DNA of 64,000 nucleotides from Octopus bimaculoides (taxonomy: Eukaryota), in NCBI RefSeq assembly GCF_001194135.2, contig NC_068981.1, positions 147,713,669 to 147,777,668 of the forward strand, written 5' to 3'. A program made the translations under genes and the position numbers. The notes below the pieces were generated by a model. It made no database searches. It had not been told where the DNA came from and saw nothing but the letters and a program-made list of their open reading frames with translations. This document shows positions 24,505-37,206 of the stretch, piece after piece (the stretch's first letter is position 1; each line of letters opens with the position of its first letter).

Positions 24505-24535
<31 letters not shown>

Positions 24536-24810
24536 CTACCAGGCCTACCATCTCTACAGAAAGGGCAAAGAATCGTGTTAACTGGAATGACTCATGTACT
24601 GAGAAGAGCATTATCACTGTGAAAACAACATCCATTCATAAATTTATTTATTTTTTTTACATACATATTTTGCCTGTGAATCTGTGTGTGTAAACTGAGA
24701 ATGCATACAATGAGCTTCTCTGCCCTAGGCGTACGGAAAATGGAAGAAAATTTGAAGAAAGAAGATAATAATAATAACAACAACAACAACAACAACAACA
24801 ACAATAATAA

Positions 24811-25025
24811 TTTTTCTACTCCAGGCACAAGGCCCGAAATTTTTGGGGGAGGGTCCAGTCGATTAGATCGACCTCAGTATGCAACTGGTACTTACTTTAT
24901 CAACCCCAAAAGGATGAAAGGCAAAGTCGACCTTGGCGGAATTTGAACTTAGAACGTAAAGACCGACAAAATACCTCTAAGCATTTTGCCCAGCATGCTA
25001 ACAGTTCTGCCAGCTCACCGCCTTA
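24811..25025 (-). mobile_element. Young full-length SINE family B
   Basis: CpG-rich, complete head and tail 1; a partial second copy at 25037-25092. Confidence 0.92.
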
Positions 25026-25112
25026 ATAATAATATATCGGTCCCAGTGTTTCACTGGTACTTAATTTATTGACGCCGAAAGGATGAAAGGCAAAATCAAC
25101 CTCAGCGGAATC

Positions 25113-25162
<50 letters not shown>

Positions 25163-26009
25163 AATAAGAAGCTTTTAAAAAATGCAAATGAAATTCTTAT
25201 ATTTATAAAACATCATCACAACTTATTTTTGAAGCTAAAGTAACAACAATAATAATAATAATTTATTACAATAAATGTGTTTGTCTTCATTTGCTATGTC
25301 TTCTAATAATTCAATATTATTTGGCAAAATGTTGAAAATGAAAGGTTAATGTTATGAAGGCTGTGTCTTCATTACTTGACATTGAGTCTGAATTAACTGT
25401 AGCCATCTGACATTCGAGATAATATTTAATCCCCTCTCTTGAGAGATAGCCTATAACATCAGAAGAACATTGAGTCATGAGGCTAGGCTATAGGTTATTG
25501 TTGAAGCTGATTGAGAGAATGCCAAGACTACATACATAGTTATTGCAGCAAAGAAATTCCCCATGTCTTATTATTCATACGATTGGTCAAACTGACGGGT
25601 CGAATTCCTTTTATATCTGATTGGTCAGCTTCCTCTATAGATGACAGATCTATGATAAAGAGAGGGAGAGAGAGAGAAAGAAAGAGAGAGAGAGAGGTGG
25701 TGAGAGGGAGAGGGCATGTGAGGGAGAGAAGAGAGTAGAGTTGCTAAGAAATGCCAAGATTAAGCAATGTAATAGAAAAGAAAATGTTGGAAGAGTTGCA
25801 AGAGAGAACGCAGAGGCTAAGACAAACTAGAAAGAGGTGATTTTACAGACTTGCTCCATTGTATCAGGTTTGGGAAATATAAAAACATGACTGGTGAAGA
25901 GAATAAAGACGATGACAGGAACAACAATGAGGATTATAATTTGGCTCACCATTATTTTCTTGTGGTCCTATTGATCATCAGCATGAGGGATCTTCAACAT
26001 GATTGTTCA

Positions 26010-26640
26010 CCTTACCAGAAATAGTAGTTTATTTCTAATCCTAACTACTAAATCTACTAGATGTAGCAGTCAATTCCTTCAAATCAACATGTGCTGTTTG
26101 AAATTTAGAAAGGATACAGGATGGTCACGGCTGGAGATCCTTTGATCATCGGTTGACTCAATGAAAATTGACCAGCAACAACAACAAGAAAAATAAATGA
26201 CTGAATCAACAAAGGAGCCTCTTCATGATTGCTTGACTTGGTAGAAATAGCTGCCAAATTTCCTTTAAATCAAACCCTATTATCTTGAATAAGGAGCTAC
26301 CCAGCTAGAAACAGCAGGTTATTTCTAATCCTAATTTTTAAGTCTACTAAAAGTAGCAGTTAATGTTCCTTAAAATTACAACCTACTGTTTGAAATCTAG
26401 AAAGGGCAGATAAAATAATGTAGTTCTGTCAATCATTAAAAAGGCTGAGTGATCAGAGTTAGAATGCCTTTGATCACTGGTCTGCATAAGACTGACCATC
26501 ACCACTGTCACCAAAAACAACAACAACAGCAGCAACAATAAACAATCATTTAGCAAAGAAATGAACCTCTTTGTGACTGCTCGGCTTGCTAGAAATAGCA
26601 GCCATATCTCCCTCAAATCACACCCTACCATCTTAGCTAA
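26010..26640 (+). repeat. Cluster of unclassified interspersed repeat family D
   Basis: Four starts gct/ggtagaaa(t/c)agcagcc..tcaaatcacaccctaccatctt; tails ggctggaatgcctttgatca...(CAA)n. Confidence 0.65.
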
Positions 26641-26725
26641 AGAATCATATATGCCCTTTAATCCAAAATAGCTGATTATTTGTTGTTACTGTTTTGTCCA
26701 AAGTTTAACTCTGATTAAGCAGACT

Positions 26726-28350
26726 CAAAGAGTGTTTGTGCTAAATTTGACAATTTTGCTTATGCCTCCTTTTTTTCCAGGAACAGCTTGATGCATTGGT
26801 GAACAGTCAAAGGCATTGGAGAGCATAGAGATTAAGGTTATAGTTGAGAAAAAGTTGGCTGACATAGAGCACTGAAAGCCATCAGAATATTGGAAAAGAG
26901 TTACTTGTATGACAATGATTCATACTGGATATCAAAATGTCAACATCATGACTGCTGCTGCTGCTCAATGTTCTGTGAACACATGTAAACACTGTATGGA
27001 CAGCTATAACAGAGATTATGAAGCTATGACCAGCAAGAAAGGACACAGCAGGTGTTCTGACTACATCCACATGCTTACGATCCATCCAGCAACATCAGGA
27101 CAAGGTGGTGGAAGATCCAAGCAAAGGAATCTGGGCTTTGACAAGAGAGCCGGGTGTCAGAGTCACTACCATGAAGCTGGCCCTGAATGAGGAACTTTGC
27201 TACCACTCATACAAGAAGCACGAGGGACAAATTCTGACAGCTAAGGCCAAGGAGAACCACTTGACGAAAGCAAAGAGGCTCCTAAACAAGCTGAGGCACC
27301 CTGTTAAGCTAGGGATGATCTGGTTCTTCTCAGACAAAAAGAATTTCTGCCAGGAACAGTTGTGCAACACCAAGAGCAACAAGTGGCTTACCTACAACCT
27401 ATGTGATGTCCTGCTGAGACCCCCTTTGGTCATGACTGACCATGGAATTGCACCTAGAAAGTTAGGCAAGGCTGTTTATGGAAGACCAGCAGTCACCCAT
27501 GCATGCCGGCCTCCCCTCTCCATGCCACTGATGTTATCCAAGAGAAAGGCAAAGACCAATACAGCTTGGCACCTGTGATGTCACAACTCATTTCTACAGC
27601 TGAGTGAACTGGAGCAATGTGAAATAAAGTGTCTTGCTCAAGAACACAACATGCAGCCCGGTCTGGGATTTGAACTCACAACCTCACGATCGTAAGCTCA
27701 ATGCTCTAACCACTGAGCCATGCACCTTCACATATGTGATGTCCTATGTACCATGAAAACTAGGTTTCCCCAAACTGTCATGGTCTTTGGGTATGTGACC
27801 AGTGAGGGTAATGTTATGCCACCCCACATCTTTGAACAGGGCCTTATGTTCAATACAGATGGCTATGTGAAGCTACTGGAGACTGTGGTCAATCTCTGGA
27901 TGGAGAAGGTGCTCCTGGAGGACCATATGTGTGGTAGCAAGATTAGGGTCCATGCCATATCTTCAGAAAGTGTTCGAAGTGGTTGTTGAGGATTTCTATC
28001 ACTTCACCAGCCCCAACTGTTGGCCCTCTAATTTTCCCTGATTGTAATCCCATGGATTACTGTGTGAGGGACATGGACGAGAAAGACACCAACTGCTTTG
28101 CTTGCAACATCAAGGCTGAGTTGGTGGCCAAGATCAAGGAGGTATTTGAAGATTTTCTCAGAAACACAGATTCCATAGCTATCTTGAGGCCATGGCGGAA
28201 GCTAAGGGTTGCTACGTTGAGCAAACTGTTATCTCCCATCCTTAATCTAGTTGATATCTTCTGATTTTTTTAAATGCTTTATTTTTAGATGGGATATTGT
28301 GTTTTCCTTTCCTTTAATGTAAACTGTTAAATTTAGCCCAAACACCTTAG
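26726..28350 (+). mobile_element. maT-like (DD37D) mariner transposon, degenerate, with SINE insertion
   Basis: Imperfect TIR (agagtgtttgtgctaaatttgacaattt / aaactgttaaatttagcccaaacaccttag); WFFSDKKNF, TVMVFG.V.SEG.VMPPHIF, PDCNPMDY. Confidence 0.88.
27413..27732 (-). mobile_element. SINE family C inserted in the maT element
   Basis: 13-bp TSD TATGTGATGTCCT (27400-27412, 27733-27745); tRNA-like head; gtgttcttgagcaagacact core. Confidence 0.92.
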
Positions 28351-28579
28351 TAAATTCTGAACTACATTATCCAACATGTCTGTCCTTCCTTTTCCTAAGA
28401 TTATGGTGTTTGATATGCAGTTACTTCTAGCTGGTTGAGTAACTGCATACAGATTATTTCATGGGGTCATCTAACTTTATGTAAGAGGATTAGATGATAA
28501 TGAAGTAAAAGAAAGTAATTTTTTTCTAAAATTACTCTCATTAGCACAAGATTACTAATTACTAATTTAATATTTTAAT

Positions 28580-28860
28580 TGCTTCAGTCAAAGAAATGCA
28601 GCCATGCTGGGGCACAATCTTAGGGGTTTAGTCAAATAAATCAACCCCAGTAGTCAAGTGATGGTGGTGAAAGGATGAACACAAACACAGAGAGACACAT
28701 ACATATATGTATGATGGGCTTCCACACAGTTTCCATCTATCAAATCCAGCTTGGGGCTATGGTAGAAGACACTTGTCCAATGTGTCATGCAGTGGGACTG
28801 AACCTGAAACCACGTGGTTGCAAAGCAAACTTCCTAACCATACAAACATGTTTGCGCCAA
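28580..28860 (-). mobile_element. SINE family A (internally deleted)
   Basis: Family motifs. Confidence 0.75.
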
Positions 28861-29171
28861 TGCATGGGTACAAGTTGTTGACACAGACAAGCAAAGGTGT
28901 CTCTGATAGGATTTAAAATCAGAATTTAAACGAATGAAACTAAATCTTGTTAAATACTTAGTCTGGTGCGCCAGCATTTTATGCTAATATATTTCCATCG
29001 AATTAAGAATTTGACAATTCTAACATATCTTTATCTTTGAACATTTACTTGTATTAATTACTAGATTGTGACCACGCTAGTGCACCTCCTTGAAGGGTGT
29101 GAAAATTAATCAAACATTTCCTAGGGGTGCAGAGCACAGAAAAGGTTGAGAGTCATTGCCCCAAATCATGC

Positions 29172-29228
29172 ATACTATAATGATAATAATGATGATGATG
29201 ATGATGACGACGACAATGACGACAATGA

Positions 29229-29260
<32 letters not shown>

Positions 29261-29290
29261 ATGATGACGACGACGACGATGATGATGATG
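29172..29290. repeat. (GAT/GAC)n compound microsatellite
   Basis: Visible directly. Confidence 0.95.
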
Positions 29291-30114
29291 AAAATAATAA
29301 AATATACTAATAATAAAAAAAAATTAATGATGCAAAGAGGAATTTCAATTTTGTTATAGTATTAGAAAAAAAATCTGAATAATATAAAATCTGTTATTTA
29401 AAATAAAAATATAGTATACACTAAATATATATCACTATATATTAAAATGTATTAATATGAGATACGAGTTTCATTATTGATATTTTCCTGTTGTTTTTGT
29501 TATTTTCATTTTTGTAGTAGGAATAATAGTAGCATATAACAAAGTAGACCAATTCCTGCCTTCGGTGTTAACCAGCTAAGCAGCAGAGAGGTATTGATGA
29601 AACTCCAGAGAATTAATACTGAATTGATTTGAGACTTTCATGAAAGCTCTGAAGATTAAGCTACACAATTCAGACAGGAGGAGGAGGAAAGCTGGTCCCA
29701 ATAGCCTAAACACATACAGTGTAGTCATGAAAATGAATGGACAAAACACTTCTGGTATAGATTATGCCAAGTCACAACACACAGATAGAATTATACAAGC
29801 CTCAAAGAAATCAGTATTGTTTGCTAGATAAGGTATTTACGCTGCAGTACTTTTGTGTTGAAACAGTATTGAATTTTTTCGACTCCATCTCAAATATTAT
29901 TGGATAATGTTTTGATCTGTTTAAATGTTATTTTATAATAAGCACTTGAGGATAACTGAAACACAAATGAGATTTTCAGTTACCATTGTCGTTATTTTCG
30001 TTGTCATAATTTCTATGATTTTGGGAATGAAGTCATGTCTAGGTCATTGGAAATATTTTTGCCTTTTGGGACTGCTAAAGTACATATACATACATACATA
30101 CTAGATTAACTTCT

Positions 30115-30335
30115 AATGAGGAGCCTCTATGTTTTCACTCAAACTGCTAGAAACAGCAACCAAATTTCCAGGAAATCACATTCTACTGTGTTATAAAAAG
30201 AAAGATATAAAGAAGAGTAATGTGGTCTTTATACTGTATCTAAAGCTAAAATGATTGGATAATAATGGTTGGAACAATTTTGATTATAGATTAGTTGAAT
30301 CAGAGCTGATATGGGGGCTAAACAGCAACAATAGC
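30115..30335 (+). repeat. Repeat family D
   Basis: ctgctagaaacagcaaccaaat...cagagctgatatggggctaaacagcaac. Confidence 0.65.
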
Positions 30336-30469
30336 TATAGAAAGAAGAAACGGATCATGTGAGGAAGGTCAGACTGACAGGAAGTTGGATATGAAGTGTT
30401 TGTAGGTTAAGGGTCTCAAACTTGAAGCCAACCAGAAGAGTCTTTGGCAAACAGACATTCAATACCTTT

Positions 30470-30665
30470 TATGTTTTACTTTTTTCAGTTATTGAACTGT
30501 GGCCTAGCTGGGGCACTGCCTTGAAGGGTTTAATTAAACAAATTGACCCCAGTACTTATTTAAGTCTGATATTTATTCAGAATTTACTGAATCACTAAGT
30601 TTCAGGGATGTAAACAAACCAGCTCTTGTTGTTAAGCAGTGGTGGAGAACAAACATATACACAAA

Positions 30666-30724
<59 letters not shown>

Positions 30725-30895
30725 ACATATGTATATTTATACATGACAAGCATCCACATAGTCTCTGTTTACAAAATTCACTCACAAAACACCAGTTGGT
30801 CCAGAGCCATAGTAGAAGACAGTTGCTTAAGATGCTGTACTTCAGGACTGAACGTAAGACAATAAGCTTGCAAAGTGAGTTTCATAACTATGGCC
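30470..30895 (-). mobile_element. SINE family A
   Basis: Family motifs with internal (CA)n. Confidence 0.8.
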
Positions 30896-30932
30896 TTCTT
30901 CAGACAGCAGAAATAATTAATATTCTTAGTCC

Positions 30933-30990
30933 TGTTGATCTCTAGGTCATGTTGATTTCTAGGTCATGTTGATCTCTTGGTCATGTTGAC
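30933..30990. repeat. 17-bp tandem repeat, about 3 copies
   Basis: tgttgatctctaggtca units. Confidence 0.85.
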
Positions 30991-31852
30991 ATTGAAGCCA
31001 CTTGACTCAAATGTTTAAACTTTGTTCAGTCATGTAGGTTATGTACTTGACCTCTATAAGTACTATGCTTTCATGGCTATAAACTAAATTTCTTACGAAA
31101 AAGCCTCAAAGCTCCATCAACTGAACTTGTCGATATCTGACCAATAAAAGAGCCTCCTCAATGCATTCACTGGAGGTGCAAGAAAACAAACCGAATCATA
31201 TTTAAATCATACCTAAATACCTTAGGAAGAAGGTCATATTGGAGAATGTTGTCTTAGAAATATTATCTGAAAAACGAGAAAAGACAGGGAATAATATTAT
31301 CATGCTTGAGACACTTTTGATCATAGGTTTGCTGAATTTGAGCTGACTTGGGGCTAAAAATCAACAATAACAATTATCACTACCAAAACCATTACAACCA
31401 CCACCACTGTTACCTTGAATCTGACCACCACATCACCATCATCAACAACAACATCATCCTCACTAATACCAACACTATGAGATAGCCCATCAGCATCACT
31501 ACCAACAACATGCCTGAGCTAATAAGGGAGCATTGACGTGAATGGGAAAGGGGTGAGGGGATGAATGTAAGAAATACAAAACAAGGGTTGAGGAGTGGAT
31601 GTAGTGAATGGTAGACAAGGATGGAGAGGTGATCAAGAATACATATGAATTGGGGGAAGGTTGGGGAAAGTAAGTGATGAATGACAGTACAGAAAAGCTG
31701 AGAATCAGAATAATAATAATACAGTAGACAGGAGAAGGATGAGAGAAAGGGAGCTGACATGCGAGTTGATAGGTTGAAAGAGTGTGAGGGAAGAAGCAGA
31801 CAGAGCATGAGGAGAGTCAGGGATAATTTGGTGGTGTAAAATGGTGATTAAT

Positions 31853-32064
31853 GATCCTTTCTATTATAGGCACAAGGCCTGAAATTTTTGGGGGGGTGGA
31901 GGCTAGTCGATTGCATCAACCCCAGAGTGTAACTGGTACTTATTTCATTGACCCTGAAAGGATGAAATACAAAGTCAACCTGAGTGAATTTGGATTGAGA
32001 ATGTGACAAAATGTAGCTAAGCGTTTTGCCCAGCATGCAAATGATTCTGCCAGTTTGCCACCTT
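31853..32064 (-). mobile_element. SINE family B with 13-bp TSD
   Basis: AATGGTGATTAAT at 31840-31852 and 32065-32077; an older copy follows at 32100-32310. Confidence 0.88.
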
Positions 32065-33394
32065 AATGGTGATTAATAATAGAATAAGTAAATAATGGCT
32101 TCAAATTTTGGCACAAGGCCAGCAGTTTTTGAGGGGAGGGGGAAATAAATTACATTGATTTAATTTCTTGACTAGCACTTATTTTATTGACTCCAAAAGA
32201 ATGAAAAGCAAAGTCAACCTTGGTGAAATTTGAGCTAAAAATGTGAACATGGACAAAATGCCATTAACAACTTTGTTGGGTGAGCTAAAAGCTCTGCCAA
32301 ATCACTGTCTTAGAATGAGTATTTGATGCAATAAGAAAAACAATTCCACCAAAAGTTGGAATTTATTTGGGAAAAATACTACAGAAAAATACATGGCTGT
32401 ATTGGTTATTGAAGATCATTTTAAGGGTAATGCTCCAGCTTGGCCCTAGGTAGAATGACAAGATAAAACTAAAGAACATATAAAAGATGTTACTATTCTT
32501 GATGTAGTAACTTAGGTATTTTGGTGAAATGGCACTTCATTTTAGCTAAGTGGACAGAGGTCTCTAAAATAATGTACTAAATCAAATATGATCTTGGAAG
32601 GTTTGTGAAAAATGAGATAATAATTTGTCAGATGAGAAATATTAATTTTCAATAAATTTAGGAAGTTACCATGAATTAAATAAAACCTTATAGCAAATGA
32701 ATATATATTGACTTTTTACATTGATGAAAGGTCGCAGAGGTATAGAAGGGGAAATGTAATATTTTTGTTTTAATAGCTTGATCTGGAAGAGGCTGTGTCC
32801 ATAACTTTTGCAACACTGATAAGATTAGCACTATTAATGCTCCTGTTGAACAGTTGCAGTATGATGGCTGCAGAAATTCAATTCAACTTGTAACCAAAAA
32901 TACTGTCTTCATATTTGTAAGCCAAATTATTTTCTGGGCCAGCATAACAGAATAAGAACATCCTACCCTTCTCTCACTTGCTCACACTCTTTCGCTTGTT
33001 TCCATACATGTTCTCACTGACACTCATATATACCCTTTCATGTCTTTATCTCAGTTATTCTTTAATCTTTTGTCTACCAACCACCTCAGTAATATTTCTC
33101 ACTTTCTCTTTGCTATTATTCTTTCTTCCTTCTGTTTCACACATTGTTTTCTTCTCTCACAATGTTCTATGGAACAGTTCTGCACATTCATGTTTTAAAG
33201 GAAAAAAAATTGTCCATTAAATCAGAAATCTTTTAAGTGGAGAGTCTTTTAAATGAAGGGTTCTCTTTTGGAGTCAATACTATCTAGGATGGTATTGACT
33301 CCAATGACACATGACTTGCTTGTACATTCCATTTTTGGTTGGTTTCTATGGCTGGATGCTCTTTTAATTAGCAACCACTTTACTGAGTGTTAGA

Positions 33395-33668
33395 TCTGTC
33401 ATGAGCCCTAGGGCTAATAAGATTGGAGTCTAACCTAGTTTCTACCGAGTATAGGTGACTGAGATCATAACATTCTCTCCTGAACAGGTTGCCAATCTGT
33501 TACAGGGTTGACTTCTTAGCTATTGCTGGAACTTGTTTACAGCTGAGTGGATTGGAGCAACATGTGATGAAGTGTTTTGCTCAAGAACACAATGCACCAC
33601 GCAGTCTGAGAATCAAAAACCATGATCTTATAATAATGAGTGCAACACTCTAACCATTAGACTATGTG
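33395..33668 (-). mobile_element. SINE family C
   Basis: cagctgagtggattggagcaac..gtgttttgctcaagaacac..ctctaaccattag. Confidence 0.75.
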
Positions 33669-34584
33669 CTGTTACCTGAATGTATTGGGTGTATTTATTG
33701 TAGTATCTCAGTGTATTTACTGTGGCATCAGCACTGTAGAGGATATCATGTCTTTAGCAAAACTAAAGGGTCCTCTTGATCTTATATTGTCTCTGCATGT
33801 TCACCAACCATTTTGCAGCGTACTGGGTACATGCATTTTATCATGGTACCAGGACTCGTAAAGTTGCCTTGTCTACTGTAAGACCAAAGAGTCTTCACAA
33901 CATTGTCATGTGTTTATTTGCTCATTTCAACATAACTCAAAAGATGGATGAGAGAGAGAGAGAGAGAGACAGAGAGAGACAGACAGACAGACAGACAGAG
34001 ACAGAGAGAGATGGGGAGTTATAGAGGTGGATATTGGCAAGAAAGAGTGAAAGAGGGTGTCAGTATGCTAAAAAAAAAAAAGACAGAGAGATAACTGGCA
34101 GCACAGAAGTGATGGTAAGGGGTACTGGGTACTACCATCCTTAGTTACACCTGTAGTATAATACAGTGAATAGAAGTGAAATAAGCAGTAGAGAGACAAG
34201 TGATAAAGAGATGTGATGACAGAAGGATGTGTGATAGAGAAAGTATGTTGTAAAAATGTGTGATACAGAGACTGTGGACACAGCAGATGTAGAATTGATA
34301 TATTGGTTGAAAACCCAAATGGATATGCATCATGTAAACATATATCTAAATATTAGAGGCCACCCAGCCTCTGTCACAATCATCACTTTTAATGTTCCAT
34401 TTGCCATGCTTGCATGGGTGTTAGGGTCTTTTCCAGTGCAGTATGTTAGCAATCCACTTGGCTCTTTATCATCTCCTTAGTGAACTGCAAAATCTTGAGA
34501 CCAGATTCCACCACTTCATCTTCCTCTTTCATAGATTCCATTAACTTAGAGTTCTCAGCCCATTTTTGAAACACCTATCATATA

Positions 34585-34878
34585 TTGGGTCATCGCATAA
34601 ATAATGTGATTTTTACAAGTGCATGAACTAAGAGTTAGAGAGCGACAGGATAAACTACCTGCATCAACTTGCTATAAAAGCAGGTAGTAATTTTACCTTG
34701 TACTTATACTTTGTGCAAGTTTTGAAGAGTGCAGTTCGATTTTAACAGTTATTTTTTCAAAGCTATAATGGAAGTGACAAAGGAGCATATTCAACATATT
34801 TTGCTTTAGGAGTTCAATAAAGGCAATAACACAATGGAAAGTGTGAGAAATATTAATGCAGTATATGGGGATCAGACT
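34585..34878 (+). mobile_element. mariner 5' fragment (TIR plus transposase N-terminus)
   Basis: TA-ttgggtcatcgcataaataatg; ATG at 34768 gives MEVTKEHIQHILL*EFNKGNNTMESVRNINAVYGD. Confidence 0.82.
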
Positions 34879-34967
34879 AAAAGGTAGATTGTATAATGCT
34901 TGTGTATGAACAGATATGTTACATGGTAAAAAAAAATTAAAATAAAAAAAAGGTAACGTTACCTTCT

Positions 34968-35200
34968 CAGGTCATGCTGACTCATAAGGGCTGGTTTCCT
35001 GGTTTCCATGGCATATAAATTCCCCACCTGGATGGGATGCCAGTCTGTCACAGGATTACTCATTTTTGCCAGCTGAGTGGATTGGAGCAACATGAAATGA
35101 AGTGTCTTGCTCAAGAACACGTGTTGCTAGGTCCAGGAATTGAAACCATAACCTTACAATCATGAGTCCAACACCCTAACCACTAAGCTACATGCCTCCA
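34968..35200 (-). mobile_element. SINE family C
   Basis: Complete degenerate copy with ccaccactaagc-type head. Confidence 0.8.
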
Positions 35201-35202
35201 CA

Positions 35203-35570
35203 TGCTACATGGTAGTGAAATATGAACCATGAATGCAGAAGACATGCGAAAACTGGAAAGAAATTAAGCTAGCATGCTCTGCTGATGTGTAATGTCAGCA
35301 TGCATGTACAACAAAGTGGAAATGTACTAAGAGAAAAATTGGGCATAAGAAGAATCAATATAGTGTGCAAGAGAGAAGACTGTACTTGTATGGTTATATT
35401 ATATGTATGGATAAGGACAGCTGCATAGTGAAGCACCTATCACTAAATATGGTTGAGACCCGTGAAAGAGGTAAACCTAGGAAGATGTAGGATGGAGCAG
35501 TAAAGACTGACATCAAGATATAGAGCCTCACAGAGATGACAATGGACTGAGATAATAGGCAAAAAAAAAA
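35203..35570 (+). mobile_element. RTE ORF2 C-terminal fragment
   Basis: LHGSE..MNAEDMRKLERN*ASML..MCNVS..LREKLGIR...VQERRL..YG. Confidence 0.82.
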
Positions 35571-36164
35571 GTGAGGTCCTATCTTGGCAACAAAAATAAA
35601 AGGTCCCAAAAACATATCACTTATGTCTATTCCTCCTCCACCCAAACTATCCCTATCAAGTTTTCCCCACAACTCCTCTTCCTAACACCCATCTGTCTAT
35701 CACTCTTCCAACTATAACACTACTTATTCAACTGTTATAATTATATGAGAGCAAATTTGAACATATTTCTTCCACCTTTTGTCTTATCTCTTCCTGTTAC
35801 TCACTCCACCTTCTCAAGATTATCTTTTACTACTTTCTTCTCGAAAGAATTCCCTTTTCCCTTGAACATCATTTCATATTTGCCATTGGCAGCCCCCACC
35901 ACCATCTTCGCTCGTCATTTACTATATCCACTCCTATATACTTCTGACCTCCATCCCAGTCACTGTGCCCTCCCCCTCTCTTACCCCATATTTCACATCA
36001 TTTCCCTCTTCATCATTTGTCTGTGGTTTTATACTGCTGTTCACCTACTTCCATTTATGCTGTCATTTATCACCTCCTCCTTCCTGACCCACTCATATTT
36101 CTTTCACCTTCCCCCACCTACAACTGATAATACATCTCCCACTCAGTCAAGGAGTCTTGCCTTG

Positions 36165-36378
36165 AAAGTTACTTGGTGACTTCACCAGTGCCAGTGTCGC
36201 AAGAAAAACGTCCAGTGCACTCTGTAAAGTGATTGGCATTAGGAAAGTCATCTAGCCATAGAAACTATGTTAAAGCAGAGGCAGACATTGATGCTTGAGG
36301 CAGTCCTCTGGCTTGTTGGATCCTGTTGAACAATGCAACCCATGCCAGCAAGGAAAATGAATGTTAAAAGATGATGAC
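36165..36378 (+). mobile_element. Old RTE 3' tail
   Basis: ttggcattaggaa..catctagccatagaaa..aacccatgccagca.ggaaaatg.atgttaa..gatgatg. Confidence 0.7.
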
Positions 36379-36403
36379 ATATGTCTGGAGTTGATAGTAT
36401 ACT

Positions 36404-36569
36404 CAGAACCACTTTAGCAGTATAGCAGGCCCCCAGGTAAATCACAGCATCAAACCCTTTTGTATTTATTGACAGCAAACCACAACATGCATAGGTCAGA
36501 ATTGAGCCCCAAGATTTGTAGGGCCCCTAAGCAACTGTCCCATATACTCAGTTCCTTAAGACAGCTCTG
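36404..36569. mobile_element. Degenerate hAT-like MITE
   Basis: Ends CAGAACC.. / ..cttaagacagctCTG, internal gggcccc, partial 8-bp TSD. Confidence 0.45.
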
Positions 36570-36727
36570 GGTTCACTCCTTTACAAGTTTGAGTATTGAT
36601 GAAGTGAATAATTAGACTTTATGTATTGAGTACTTTTTCTTCATTCATATACTCAGACAAACAAGTGTGTTCGTGTGTGTGCTTGTGGACGCATGTTTGC
36701 ATGCATATATATATATATATACATATA

Positions 36728-36890
36728 TCAGAAATGACCACTCGTAAGGCCTCCATGACGGTGGAGTTACGATTTTAGGAGGACGATTGGGACCACATGG
36801 ATGAGGAAGGCGCGATCCAGAGAGGAGTGGACAGTGTGCTGTGACCAACAGTATCAAATGGACACCCAACGGACTGGTCGGTCAAGGTGA
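36728..36890 (+). mobile_element. 3' end of a second RTE lineage, embedded in (TA)n
   Basis: RPP*RWSYDFRRTIGTTWMRKARSREEW; CpG-rich. Confidence 0.72.
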
Positions 36891-36910
36891 TATATATATA
36901 TATATATATA

Positions 36911-37206
36911 NNNNNNNNNNNNNNNNNNNNNNNNNNNNNNNNNNNNNNNNNNNNNNNNNNNNNNNNNNNNNNNNNNNNNNNNNNNNNNNNNNNNNNNNNN
37001 NNNNNNNNNNNNNNNNNNNNNNNNNNNNNNNNNNNNNNNNNNNNNNNNNNNNNNNNNNNNNNNNNNNNNNNNNNNNNNNNNNNNNNNNNNNNNNNNNNNN
37101 NNNNNNNNNNNNNNNNNNNNNNNNNNNNNNNNNNNNNNNNNNNNNNNNNNNNNNNNNNNNNNNNNNNNNNNNNNNNNNNNNNNNNNNNNNNNNNNNNNNN
37201 NNNNNN
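36911..37206. other. Assembly gap
   Basis: N run. Confidence 1.

Larger units (their letters stand above)
23534..24506 (-). mobile_element. Young 5'-truncated Penelope-like element (Neptune-type linker) with inverted pseudo-LTRs
   Basis: Identical 156-bp inverted arms 23534-23689 and 24351-24506; minus-strand peptides GVSTRCTLKNSRKRGKPCSLCNNM and PLSLLRMYEEKYVCGLLTSHPGGMNKM. Confidence 0.82.

Noticed and set aside
23534-24506. 156-bp inverted arms as TIRs of a new DNA transposon, with a spliced captured gene inside
   Set aside because: The interior reads unspliced as PLE linker and GIY-YIG C-terminus, and the arms contain hammerheads, so an inverted pLTR explains it better.
29540-29900. Complex, coding-looking sequence
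   Set aside because: All frames have stops and no motif was recognised.
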